Shown here piece by piece: positions 20,520 to 29,496 of a stretch of 64,000 nt of DNA. The notes beneath the pieces were generated by a model that searched no databases, was not told the origin of the DNA, and saw only the letters and a list, made by a program, of their open reading frames with translations. Made by a program: the position numbers and the translations under genes. Source of the DNA: Candidatus Latescibacterota bacterium. Its GTDB lineage: Bacteria; Latescibacterota; UBA2968; GCA-2709665. The stretch's first letter is position 1. Each line of letters opens with the position of its first letter. The stretch is taken from NCBI GenBank assembly GCA_965203805.1, contig OZ241917.1:288001-352000 (forward strand), in the 5' to 3' direction.

Positions 20520-20730
20520 ACTCCAAGATGAGATATCCCGTGGGTTAACCCACCTGAAGGCTCCTTGTAGACTACAAGGTCGATAGGTCGCAGGTGTAAG
20601 CGCAGCAATGCGTTCAGCCGAGCGATACTAATCAGCCGTGCGGCTTGATCAATTAATGGCTTCTCGGCGGATCGCCTGTGCGTTCTGTATGCAGCGAGAT
20701 CCTGTTCCGTATTCGGTTGTCTCTTTTGTT

Positions 20731-20850
<120 letters not shown>

Positions 20851-20854
20851 ACTC

Positions 20855-20902
20855 CAACAGGGTCCGGGATTCGGACGAATCCCGGACCCTGTTGACGTTT
20901 TT
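20855..20902 (+). terminator. rrn intrinsic terminator
   Basis: CAACAGGGTCCGGGATTCG-GA-CGAATCCCGGACCCTGTTG (19-bp arms) followed by a T-rich tail. Confidence 0.85.
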
Positions 20903-20920
20903 GCAGGAAGAAAGTATGCC

Positions 20921-20949
20921 TTGACATGCGTGGTGATTCTATTTTAATT
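20921..20949 (+). promoter_or_regulatory. Putative sigma70 promoter for the EF-G paralog
   Basis: TTGACA followed 16-17 bp later by TTTAAT/TTAATT. Confidence 0.5.
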
Positions 20950-21064
20950 ACCGGCTTCGTGTCTGAGATGATCTGTACGGCCGGCTGTCGTTCGTGCCAG
21001 GATCGGATCACTGGCGGGCGGCGGACACGCCGCCGCTTTTCCGGGTAATCACAGGAGGAGGCGC

Positions 21065-23155
21065 GTGAATATCGAGACGCCTGACAGGATACGGAACATC
21101 GCCCTGGTGGGACACAGCAGTACGGGAAAGACCTCGTTGGCCGAAGCCTTGATTTTCGCGGCCGGCGGAAGCAATCGGCTGGGGACCATCGATGCCGGCA
21201 CCACCATGTCGGATTTCACAGAAGCGGAAATCGCCCGCAAGATCTCCATCAGCATGTCAATGCTGCACTGCGGTTGGAAGGGCAATAAAATCAACATTTT
21301 AGATGCTCCAGGCTATGCTGATTTCATTGGCGACGCCAAGGCGGCGCTTTGGGCGGCGGACAATGCGGTTCTGCTTGTCCACGCGGCCAACGGCGTGGAG
21401 ATCGGGACGGACAAGGCGTGGGGATTTGCAGAATCCTTCGGACGACCGCGTCTGTTTTTTGTCAACCACGTCGACAAGGAATTCGCCGACTTCGAAAGCG
21501 TATTGAATGCACTCCAGGAGCAGTACGGGCGACGCGTGCTTCCGTTTCAAATGCCCGTCAACCAGGGCGCGGGCTTTAACCGGATCATCGACATTCTGCA
21601 TCGGAGGCTGCTGACCTATCCGGCCGACGGCAGCGGAAAGCCCGAAGTTGGCGAAGTGCCTGCCGAACATCGCGATGATGTCGAGTCCCTGAGAGAGCAG
21701 ATCGTCGAAGCGGCGGCTGAAAGCGACGATGAATTGACGGAGAAATACCTGGAGGATCTGGACCTTTCGGAAGAGGACCTCCTGCGCGGGCTGAAGGTCG
21801 CCATTATGAACGGAACGACGGTCCCGGTCCTTTGCGGCGATGCCTCCTCGAACATCGGAACGGATCGATTGCTCGATTTTCTCGTTGACAACATGATGGC
21901 TCCGTCTGAAATGCCCGCCACCTGTGGACGGTTGCTCGCCAAGGACGAATCGACCGACCTTCTGCCGTCGGCGGATGCGCCGCTCGCCGCCGTGGTATTC
22001 AAGACCGTGTCCGAAACCGTCGGCGACCTCTCCTTCGTGCGCGTATTCTCCGGGACGTTGCCGGCATCCTCCGAGGTATACAATTCGAGCGCAAAAACAG
22101 TCGAACGGGCCGGGCAAATCTACACCCTGAACGGTCAGAATCGCGAGGAGATCGAATCCATTTCCGCCGGCGATATGGGGGCGCTGGTCAAGCTGAAGGA
22201 TACGCACAGCGGCAATACGCTGTGCAGTCGCCGGGACGCCGTCGAGGTTTTGCCTCTGGAGTTCCCTCATCCGCTGATCCGTATCGCTCTCGAGCCGAAG
22301 TCACGAGGTGACGAAGAAAAGATCAGTATGGGATTGCAGCGTATTCACGAAGAGGATCCCAGTTTCATCGCCGGGTACGATCCCGAACTGAAACAGATCA
22401 TCGTTCAGGGCCAGGGAGAATTGCACCTGGATGTCGTTCTCGACAAACTGAAGCAGAAATTCGGCGTTGAGGTCAATACGGTTCAGCCGAGGATCCCGTA
22501 CCGGGAGACAATTACCGCACATGCCGAGGGGCACCACCGGCACAAGAAACAGACCGGCGGGCGCGGTCAGTTCGGCGAGGCCTACCTGCGAATCGAGCCC
22601 TCGAACCGTGGCGACGGATATGAGTTTCAGGACGAGGTGGTTGGCGGCGCCATTCCACGCAACTATATTCCCGCGGTCGAAAAAGGGGTGGTCGAAGCCA
22701 TCCAGCGTGGTGTGCTTGCCGGCTACAACGTTGTGGATACGCGGGTCACGGTCTACGACGGATCGTATCACCCGGTAGATTCCTCCGAAATGGCTTTCCA
22801 CATGGCGGGTTCCCAGGCCTTCCAGAAGGCGTTCATGAACGCCAGGCCGATTCTTCTTGAGCCCATTTATCGTGTTACGGTAATGGTGCCTGATAGATAC
22901 ATGGGGGACGTGATGGGCGACCTGAACAGCCGTCGGGGGCGGATCCAGGGCATGGACCCCGAAGGCAGCTTTCAGGTTATCCACGCGGAGGTACCGCTGG
23001 CGGAGCTGTACAAATACTCCACGTCGCTTCGTTCGATGACGCAGGGCACCGGTGATTATACGATGGAGTTCGACCATTACGAACCCGTACCCGCCGATCT
23101 GACCCGCAAGATCGTAGAAGCCTCGAAGAAGGAGGGCGAAGCCGTAGAGGCGTAA
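21065..23155 (+). CDS. fusA: Elongation factor G paralog (EF-G2/FusA2 type)
   Basis: RNIALVGHSSTGKT, DAPGYADF, GQGELHL, KKQTGGRGQFG, DGSYHPVDSS; not in an str operon; RBS AGGAGGAGG. Confidence 0.93.
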   Translation: MNIETPDRIRNIALVGHSSTGKTSLAEALIFAAGGSNRLGTIDAGTTMSDFTEAEIARKISISMSMLHCGWKGNKINILDAPGYADFIGDAKAALWAADNAVLLVHAANGVEIGTDKAWGFAESFGRPRLFFVNHVDKEFADFESVLNALQEQYGRRVLPFQMPVNQGAGFNRIIDILHRRLLTYPADGSGKPEVGEVPAEHRDDVESLREQIVEAAAESDDELTEKYLEDLDLSEEDLLRGLKVAIMNGTTVPVLCGDASSNIGTDRLLDFLVDNMMAPSEMPATCGRLLAKDESTDLLPSADAPLAAVVFKTVSETVGDLSFVRVFSGTLPASSEVYNSSAKTVERAGQIYTLNGQNREEIESISAGDMGALVKLKDTHSGNTLCSRRDAVEVLPLEFPHPLIRIALEPKSRGDEEKISMGLQRIHEEDPSFIAGYDPELKQIIVQGQGELHLDVVLDKLKQKFGVEVNTVQPRIPYRETITAHAEGHHRHKKQTGGRGQFGEAYLRIEPSNRGDGYEFQDEVVGGAIPRNYIPAVEKGVVEAIQRGVLAGYNVVDTRVTVYDGSYHPVDSSEMAFHMAGSQAFQKAFMNARPILLEPIYRVTVMVPDRYMGDVMGDLNSRRGRIQGMDPEGSFQVIHAEVPLAELYKYSTSLRSMTQGTGDYTMEFDHYEPVPADLTRKIVEASKKEGEAVEA

Positions 23156-23179
23156 GTCGGAACGATGAACCGACGGCCT

Positions 23180-23218
23180 CAGGGCGATGTCCTCCTGGAC
23201 ATCGCCCTGCGTTTTTTT
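23180..23218 (+). terminator. Intrinsic terminator after fusA paralog
   Basis: CAGGGCGATGTCC-TCCT-GGACATCGCCCTG then CGTTTTTTT. Confidence 0.85.
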
Positions 23219-23669
23219 CCGGCAGACCGTACTGCGTAACGGGTTGACCTCGGAATCATGCAGAGATTCGGCGGGGGCAACGCGTTGGTGCAACCGGTAC
23301 CGGACGACGGACGGTCGCATCGCCCGGAATTCATCTCGCGGCCCGGTGCTTCAATGCGGTGTGGAGCCCGAATCGTCGAAGGCGAATATGCATCTGAAAT
23401 CGCTCCTTTTAGTATTGCCTAAATATCTATTTGTTTCTATATTATCAAATAGTTACGGCGATTTTTCGTGAAGGGTTCCTTACCAGACCGTTGAGAGAGT
23501 TGCTCTGCAGGCGAGGCCGAGCCATTGTGGTCGAAGACACGGCGCATGACCGATCGAATCCTGGGATTCGTGGCGGGAGTGCAACGCAGTAATTCGGTCA
23601 GACGGGCCGGCCGCAACCCGGTTGGACTTTTCCAACGGGTGTTAGCCAACGGAAGGAGGTGGGCGGTCT

Positions 23670-24422
23670 ATGGCCGGTCATTCGAAATGGGCGAATATCA
23701 AGCACAGGAAAGGACGCGCGGATGCCGCCCGCGGCAAGCTGTTCACCAGGCTGATCAGGGAAATCACGGTAACCGCAAGGGAGGGGGGCGGGGACGAGGC
23801 GAATAACCCGCGGCTGAGGGCCGCCATTTTGAACGCCAAGTCGGAGAATATGCCGGCCGCCAACATCGAGCGCGCCGTAAAGAAGGGAACCGGCGACCTG
23901 CCGGGCGAATCCTACGAGTCGGCGGTCTACGAAGGATACGGCCCAGGAGGTGTCGCCATTTTCATCGAGGTGTTGACGGACAACAAGAACCGCGCGGTAT
24001 CCCAGGTGCGGCACCTGCTCAACAAGTACAATGCCAGCATGGCCGAAAGTGGTTCGGTAGCCTGGGTTTTCGATCAGAAGGGGCTGGTTGTCGTGTCGCG
24101 AGACAGTGTCGATGAAGACACGTTGATGACGGCCGCCCTCGAAGCCGGCGCTGAAGACATCGTTGAAGACGACGCCGTGTACGAGATTTACACGCCGGCG
24201 CAGGGCTTCGACGCGGCGCAAAAGGCGCTTGCGGCGCAGCAGATTCCCGTTGAACGCGCAGAGTTGACGCGGGTGCCGCAGAATACGGTTCCCATTGAGG
24301 GAACGACAGCGGCCCAGGTGATTCGGCTCCTGGAGATGCTGGAATCCCAGGACGACGTACAGCGGGTCTATGCGAATTTCGAAATGGATGATGAGCAACT
24401 CGCCGCATTGATTTCGCCATAG
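23670..24422 (+). CDS. yebC: YebC/PmpR family protein
   Basis: MAGHSKWANIKHRK, YEGYGPGG, TDNKNR, DDVQRVYAN. Confidence 0.96.
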   Translation: MAGHSKWANIKHRKGRADAARGKLFTRLIREITVTAREGGGDEANNPRLRAAILNAKSENMPAANIERAVKKGTGDLPGESYESAVYEGYGPGGVAIFIEVLTDNKNRAVSQVRHLLNKYNASMAESGSVAWVFDQKGLVVVSRDSVDEDTLMTAALEAGAEDIVEDDAVYEIYTPAQGFDAAQKALAAQQIPVERAELTRVPQNTVPIEGTTAAQVIRLLEMLESQDDVQRVYANFEMDDEQLAALISP

Positions 24423-24523
24423 ACGGCCCGTCCCGCTTGCGGGATTGAGCACGGATTCCTCGCGCGGCCCCCGATATCCTGAACGCTCATCGATTACAGA
24501 CTGCACCCGGAAAGGCGGATCCA

Positions 24524-25156
24524 TTGCGTGTCATAGGTATCGACCCGGGCAGCGTCGTCACCGGTTACGGTGTTGTGGAAGCCCGGCGCCGGGAGAGCCG
24601 GCTGGTCGCGTGCGGGGGCCTGCGCCCCGACGCAAGCCTTTCTTTTGCCCGGCGGCTGCTGGAGATTCACGATGGCGTGCTGCGGCTGGTTGAAGAATAC
24701 GCGCCTGACGAGGTTGCCGTCGAACACGCCTTTTATCAGGCCAACGTAAAAACCCTGATGAAGATGTGCGAAGCCCGCGGGGCAATCATGGTGGCGCTCG
24801 CCCGGTCCGACCGTCCCGTCTTCGAATACGCGCCCCGGGAGGTAAAGCAGGCCGTCGTGGGTCGCGGGGGCGCATCCAAGGAACAGGTTCAGTTCATGAT
24901 GCGAAATCTGTTCGGCGAGAAGCGTGTGACGGGTACGTACGACGTCACCGACGCGCTGGCTGTTGCGGTGTGCCACGTGAACCGGCTTCGATCACCGGGA
25001 AATCACGGCCGGAGTGAAGGCTCCGCCCGCGAAAAGGGGACGGCGATCGTCGCGGGTCGCGCGCCAGAAGGCCGGATGGACCGCTTGAATGAGAAGCTCT
25101 CGCAACTGGGCGTCGACAGGGTCCGGGCAACCGGGACGAAACGAAGGGGTCGGTAG
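24524..25156 (+). CDS. ruvC: Holliday junction resolvase RuvC with C-terminal extension
   Basis: IGIDPG, VAVE, EARG, EYAPREVKQAVVG, DVTDALAVA; TTG start. Confidence 0.95.
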   Translation: MRVIGIDPGSVVTGYGVVEARRRESRLVACGGLRPDASLSFARRLLEIHDGVLRLVEEYAPDEVAVEHAFYQANVKTLMKMCEARGAIMVALARSDRPVFEYAPREVKQAVVGRGGASKEQVQFMMRNLFGEKRVTGTYDVTDALAVAVCHVNRLRSPGNHGRSEGSAREKGTAIVAGRAPEGRMDRLNEKLSQLGVDRVRATGTKRRGR

Positions 25157-25160
25157 TTGA

Positions 25161-25754
25161 ATGTTCGCCTATCTCGAAGGCAAGCTGGCCGAGAACAGCC
25201 CAACGCATCTGGTTATCGACGTTGCAGGTGTAGGTTATTACGTTCACATTCCGTCATCAAGCTATAACGCCAGCCGGGCGCCGGGCGAAAACCTCAGAAT
25301 ATTGACCCATCTGCACGTCCGCGAGGATGCACTGACGGTCTATGGGTTCGCAACGGAGGCCGAGCGGGACCTGTTCGAGTTGTTGATCTCGGTTTCGGGC
25401 ATCGGGCCCCCGCTGGCCCAGAAGGTTCTTTCCGGCGTTCAAATCCGGGTTTTTCGCAGGCTGGTGGCGTCTGAAGATGCCCGCGGACTCACGCAGATCA
25501 AGGGGATCGGCCGGAAACTGGCGGAGCGGCTGGTGCTGGAATTGAAGGACCGGATCGGCGATGTTCCCGATGATGACATCCGGGGCCGGGTCTCACCCGA
25601 GGTTGCGGAAAGGGCTGAGGAAGCGGCAACGGCGCTTACGGGTCTGGGCGTCCCCCGGATTCAGGCGCACAGCGTGGTGAACCGAGTGATTGCCGACCAG
25701 GGTAACGAGGCGCCCGTAGAAGAGATTATTCGAGAGGCGCTCCGGCGACTGTAG
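25161..25754 (+). CDS. ruvA: Holliday junction branch migration protein RuvA
   Basis: [35 protein letters not shown]. Confidence 0.96.
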   Translation: MFAYLEGKLAENSPTHLVIDVAGVGYYVHIPSSSYNASRAPGENLRILTHLHVREDALTVYGFATEAERDLFELLISVSGIGPPLAQKVLSGVQIRVFRRLVASEDARGLTQIKGIGRKLAERLVLELKDRIGDVPDDDIRGRVSPEVAERAEEAATALTGLGVPRIQAHSVVNRVIADQGNEAPVEEIIREALRRL

Positions 25755-25806
25755 CGACGGTCGGGAGCATGTACGGATCCCGTTCGATAACGAAAGACAG
25801 ACCGGC

Positions 25807-26829
25807 ATGGATCAACGGATAAGCGATCCCGATATGCAGGACCGGGACCGAATTGAAGGCGAAGACCAGTTACGCCCGGGGCGATTCGCCGACATGACCG
25901 GACAGGAGAAGGTCAAGGAAAAACTGCGGATTGCGGTGGATGCGGCAATGCACCGGGGAGACGCCATGGACCACGCGCTTCTGTACGGTCCACCGGGGCT
26001 GGGTAAGACGACACTGGCATACGTGGTCGCCAACGAACTCGGGGCCGAAATTGCACCGACTTCCGGGCCCGTGCTCGAACGCGCCGCGGATCTTGCCGGC
26101 CTGCTGACCAATCTGGGCGAAAAAGACGTCCTCTTCATTGACGAGATTCATCGGATGAACCGGGTTGTGGAGGAAACGCTGTATCCCGCGATGGAGGACT
26201 TCGTGCTGGACATTATGCTCGACAGCGGACCCGGGGCGCGTTCTTACCGGGTGCCCCTCGACCGGTTTACGCTCATCGGCGCCACCACGCGCTACGGCCT
26301 CCTGACCGGTCCGATGCGGGACCGGTTCGGGATCGTCGAACGGCTGGACTTTTATACCGAACCGGAATTGCAGACCATCGTCGAGCGCGCTTCACGAATA
26401 CTGAAAATCGACATTCAGCCGGAGGGGGCCTTCGAAATTGCGCGCCGGTCTCGGGGTACCGCGCGAATCGCGACCCGGTTGTTGCGTCGATCGCGGGATT
26501 ACGCGCAGGCGCGCGCGCAGGGAACGATTACGCTCGACGTTGCGGGTCGCGCATTGGAACTGGCCGACATAGATAACGAAGGGCTGGACGAGATGGACCG
26601 CCGGCTTCTTGCCCTGCTGGTCGAGAAGTACGGCGGCGGTCCGGTTGGCCTGAACAACCTGGCCGCGGCCCTGGGCGAAGAATCCGATACCATTGAGGAC
26701 GTCTACGAGCCGTACCTTATTCAGGAAGGTTATCTGCTGCGTACCCACAGGGGGCGCCAGGCCACGGCGCTGGCCTATCGTCACCTTGGACTAACCCCGC
26801 CGGAGGGAAATCAGGGGCGCCTGTTGTGA
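25807..26829 (+). CDS. ruvB: Holliday junction branch migration ATPase RuvB
   Basis: [35 protein letters not shown]. Confidence 0.97.
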   Translation: MDQRISDPDMQDRDRIEGEDQLRPGRFADMTGQEKVKEKLRIAVDAAMHRGDAMDHALLYGPPGLGKTTLAYVVANELGAEIAPTSGPVLERAADLAGLLTNLGEKDVLFIDEIHRMNRVVEETLYPAMEDFVLDIMLDSGPGARSYRVPLDRFTLIGATTRYGLLTGPMRDRFGIVERLDFYTEPELQTIVERASRILKIDIQPEGAFEIARRSRGTARIATRLLRRSRDYAQARAQGTITLDVAGRALELADIDNEGLDEMDRRLLALLVEKYGGGPVGLNNLAAALGEESDTIEDVYEPYLIQEGYLLRTHRGRQATALAYRHLGLTPPEGNQGRLL

Positions 26830-26938
26830 GAAGCTGTCTCAAAATCCCCAGCGGTCTTCGCGCCTGCCTGCTGCCGCAGGCAAGGCAGGCGGCTGCAAGA
26901 GCGCCGGTCGGGACTCACCGGGAATTTCAAACAGTTTC
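26830..26938. mobile_element. Candidate degenerate MITE (109 bp) with imperfect terminal inverted repeats and TGA direct repeat
   Basis: TGA|GAAGCTGTCTCAAAATCCC...GGGAATTTCAAACAGTTTC|TGA; internal hairpin GCCTGCC...GGCAGGC. Confidence 0.45.
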
Positions 26939-26985
26939 TGAGCCGACGGAGCGTCTGCTGTCGTGACCCGGCGCCAGGCGGCGCG

Positions 26986-27669
26986 ATGTACGTATTGGGC
27001 ATTGAAACCTCGACACCTGTTTGCAGTGTCGGGCTGGTGGACGACGATCGGGTGCTCATGTCCTTTTCGCAGAATACCGGGCTGCGGCACTCGGAACGGA
27101 CCATGGCGATGGCTGAACGGGCCATGGCGGACGCGGGGGTCGAATTCGCGGACCTGGACGGCGTGGCCGTGGGGTCGGGGCCGGGTTCGTTTACTGGGCT
27201 GCGTATCGGCATGGCCGCGGCGAAGGGCCTGTGTTTCGCGTTGAACCTGCCGCTTCTTGCCGTGCCGACTCTGAAGGGCCTGGCGGCGCAGGTTGTCATT
27301 GAAGGGATGCCGGTTTGTGCAATGCTCGATGCCCGTCGCGGAAACGTCTATGCGGGCGTTTACAGCCTCGACGGCGGCTGTCTGGTCGCGCGCCATCCTG
27401 ACACGGCGGCGCCTCTCGACGAATTGATGCCGAGGCTGCCAGGACCGGTGCTGATTGTCGGCGAGGGCGGCGTGACATACCGGAACCGGATAAAGGAGTA
27501 TATGGGCAAGGACGCCCGGTTCGCTCCGGCGTTCACCCATCCCTGCGGTGCGTCCATCGCGCTATTGGGGGTCGAAAGCCTGCGGGCCGAAAACGCGGTC
27601 GACGCGACCACGGCGGAACCCGAATACCATCGCCTGAGTCAGGCGGAGCGTGCCGGAATTGCGCAATAG
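26986..27669 (+). CDS. tsaB: tRNA threonylcarbamoyladenosine biosynthesis protein TsaB
   Basis: LGIETS, HSE, GPGSFTGLRIG, DARRGNVY. Confidence 0.95.
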   Translation: MYVLGIETSTPVCSVGLVDDDRVLMSFSQNTGLRHSERTMAMAERAMADAGVEFADLDGVAVGSGPGSFTGLRIGMAAAKGLCFALNLPLLAVPTLKGLAAQVVIEGMPVCAMLDARRGNVYAGVYSLDGGCLVARHPDTAAPLDELMPRLPGPVLIVGEGGVTYRNRIKEYMGKDARFAPAFTHPCGASIALLGVESLRAENAVDATTAEPEYHRLSQAERAGIAQ

Positions 27670-27703
27670 CGCGGCGGTGCCCGCCACCGGGAGACCGAAT
27701 TCG

Positions 27704-28210
27704 ATGCGAGACAAGGCGACCTCCGATTGTACGCTCTGCGAAATGGACCCAGGGCATCTCAACGCTGTATTGGAAATCGAACGCGAGGGTTTCGCTGACC
27801 CTTGGGACAGAAGGGACTTTGAAGACGCGCTGAACCGGGACAACAGGTATTGCCCCATTTACCTGTGCGGCGAACGGGTCGTCGTATACGCGGTTGGCTT
27901 TGTTGTCGCCAGTGAATATCATCTGGCCAATCTTGCGGTACATCCCGGTCTCCGGCGCCGCGGACTCGGGCAGCGGTTTCTGGAGGCCGTGATGGAACGG
28001 TTGCCGGGTCGAAATGTGCAGATCGTAACCCTTGAGGTGCGCGTCTCCAATCGGTCCGCGATCGGGCTCTACGGAAAGCTGGGATTTCGCACGGTTGCGA
28101 TTCGTCGCGGATATTACCGCGCGACAGGGGAAGATGCGCTTGTGATGTTGAAAGCGCTGCATGGACGTCTTTCGGATCGCGTGAACGCCGCAGACGCGGC
28201 TTTACATTAA
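27704..28210 (+). CDS. rimI: Ribosomal protein S18 alanine N-acetyltransferase
   Basis: NLAVHP, RRRGLG, LEVRVSN, LYGKLGF, RRGYY, EDALVM; follows tsaB. Confidence 0.9.
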   Translation: MRDKATSDCTLCEMDPGHLNAVLEIEREGFADPWDRRDFEDALNRDNRYCPIYLCGERVVVYAVGFVVASEYHLANLAVHPGLRRRGLGQRFLEAVMERLPGRNVQIVTLEVRVSNRSAIGLYGKLGFRTVAIRRGYYRATGEDALVMLKALHGRLSDRVNAADAALH

Positions 28211-28234
28211 TCTCAGTTTACAGGCGATCGGCGC

Positions 28235-29332
28235 ATGTTCAGCCACGCAGTCACGGGGCAGAAACGCCTGACAGAGCGGCTCGAACGGATGGCTCGCGGC
28301 CCGAATCTGCCGCACGCGCTCCTGTTTACCGGACCTGAGGGTGCGGGCAAGACTGCAGCGGCCCTCGAAATGGCGCGAAGCCTTTACTGCGACCAGGGGA
28401 GGGCAGGGTGCTGCGAGAATTGCCGGGGATGCAGAAAGACTGCGGGTTTGAACCACCCGGATCTTTCTCTTCTGTTTCCGTTTTCGGCGCGAACGCAGCC
28501 CGAAACGGAACGAGAGACGTTGCGGCAGGTCGCAAGCGATCCTTACGGCTATCCGTTGCCGGCCGACCACGCCACGCTTTCCATCGAGCAGATTCGAACG
28601 CTGCAGAAGCAGTTTGCGTACGGTGCGTTCGAGGGTGGGTGGCGGGTGGCGGTCATCCTGCACGCGGACCGGATGCGCGCGGAGGCAGCCAATGCGCTGC
28701 TGAAAACGCTGGAAGAACCGCCCTCACGGTCTCTGTTGATTCTAACCTCATCCACGCAGGAGACCCTGCTGCCGACCATCGTCTCCCGTTGCCAGTGGGT
28801 GGCGTTTCCGGCTGTGGCGGTTGACGATACGGCCCGAATGTTGATGGACGGGTCAGGTGTCGATGCCGATACGGCGATGTCCGTCGCACGTTCCTGCGGC
28901 GGAAACCTGAGGCGTGCACGGGACATGATCGAGAATGAAGTCGATGACCTGCAAGACAGGGCGTACCGGTTCCTGGCGGCGCTCCTGTGGGACGACGAGG
29001 GCAGAACCCATGCGGCGCTTGAAAAACTGGCTTCAGACCGGGATGAAGCCTTGCAGCTGCTCGGCGGCGCGGAAGCGTGGCTGCGGGACGCTCTGGTACT
29101 TCTTTATGGCGATTCCGGCAGCGTGACGCACAGTCGAAGGGTTGACGATATACGACGGCTGTCCCGCGCTTTCGGTCTTGAGGACTTGCAGCGTACGGCT
29201 GCAAAGATCGAGTCGCTGCGCGAGATGAATCGCCGCAACGTCAATCTCTACGTTGGCCTCGTTTCGCTCTGGCGTGAGATCAGGAGCGTAGGTAATCAGG
29301 TTGCGCACGGTCAGAACGCCAACTCAGTATGA
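28235..29332 (+). CDS. holB: DNA polymerase III subunit delta'
   Basis: HALLFTGPEGAGK, Cys cluster CENCRGC, HPD, ANALLKTLEEPP, LLPTIVSRC. Confidence 0.9.
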   Translation: MFSHAVTGQKRLTERLERMARGPNLPHALLFTGPEGAGKTAAALEMARSLYCDQGRAGCCENCRGCRKTAGLNHPDLSLLFPFSARTQPETERETLRQVASDPYGYPLPADHATLSIEQIRTLQKQFAYGAFEGGWRVAVILHADRMRAEAANALLKTLEEPPSRSLLILTSSTQETLLPTIVSRCQWVAFPAVAVDDTARMLMDGSGVDADTAMSVARSCGGNLRRARDMIENEVDDLQDRAYRFLAALLWDDEGRTHAALEKLASDRDEALQLLGGAEAWLRDALVLLYGDSGSVTHSRRVDDIRRLSRAFGLEDLQRTAAKIESLREMNRRNVNLYVGLVSLWREIRSVGNQVAHGQNANSV

Positions 29333-29496
29333 ACGATGAGGTGCCGGGCGTAATGCGGACGAAGGCCGGATCCGCCACCAGTGGTCTCTCGCGCTCTGAC
29401 GCTTCCGTCGTCTCGCGTCTGCCCTCTTACGGCGGGTTGGCTTCGACCGGCGGCGCGATCGCGGGCCGCCGGTCAGATACGGGGAAGGTTGGTTGA

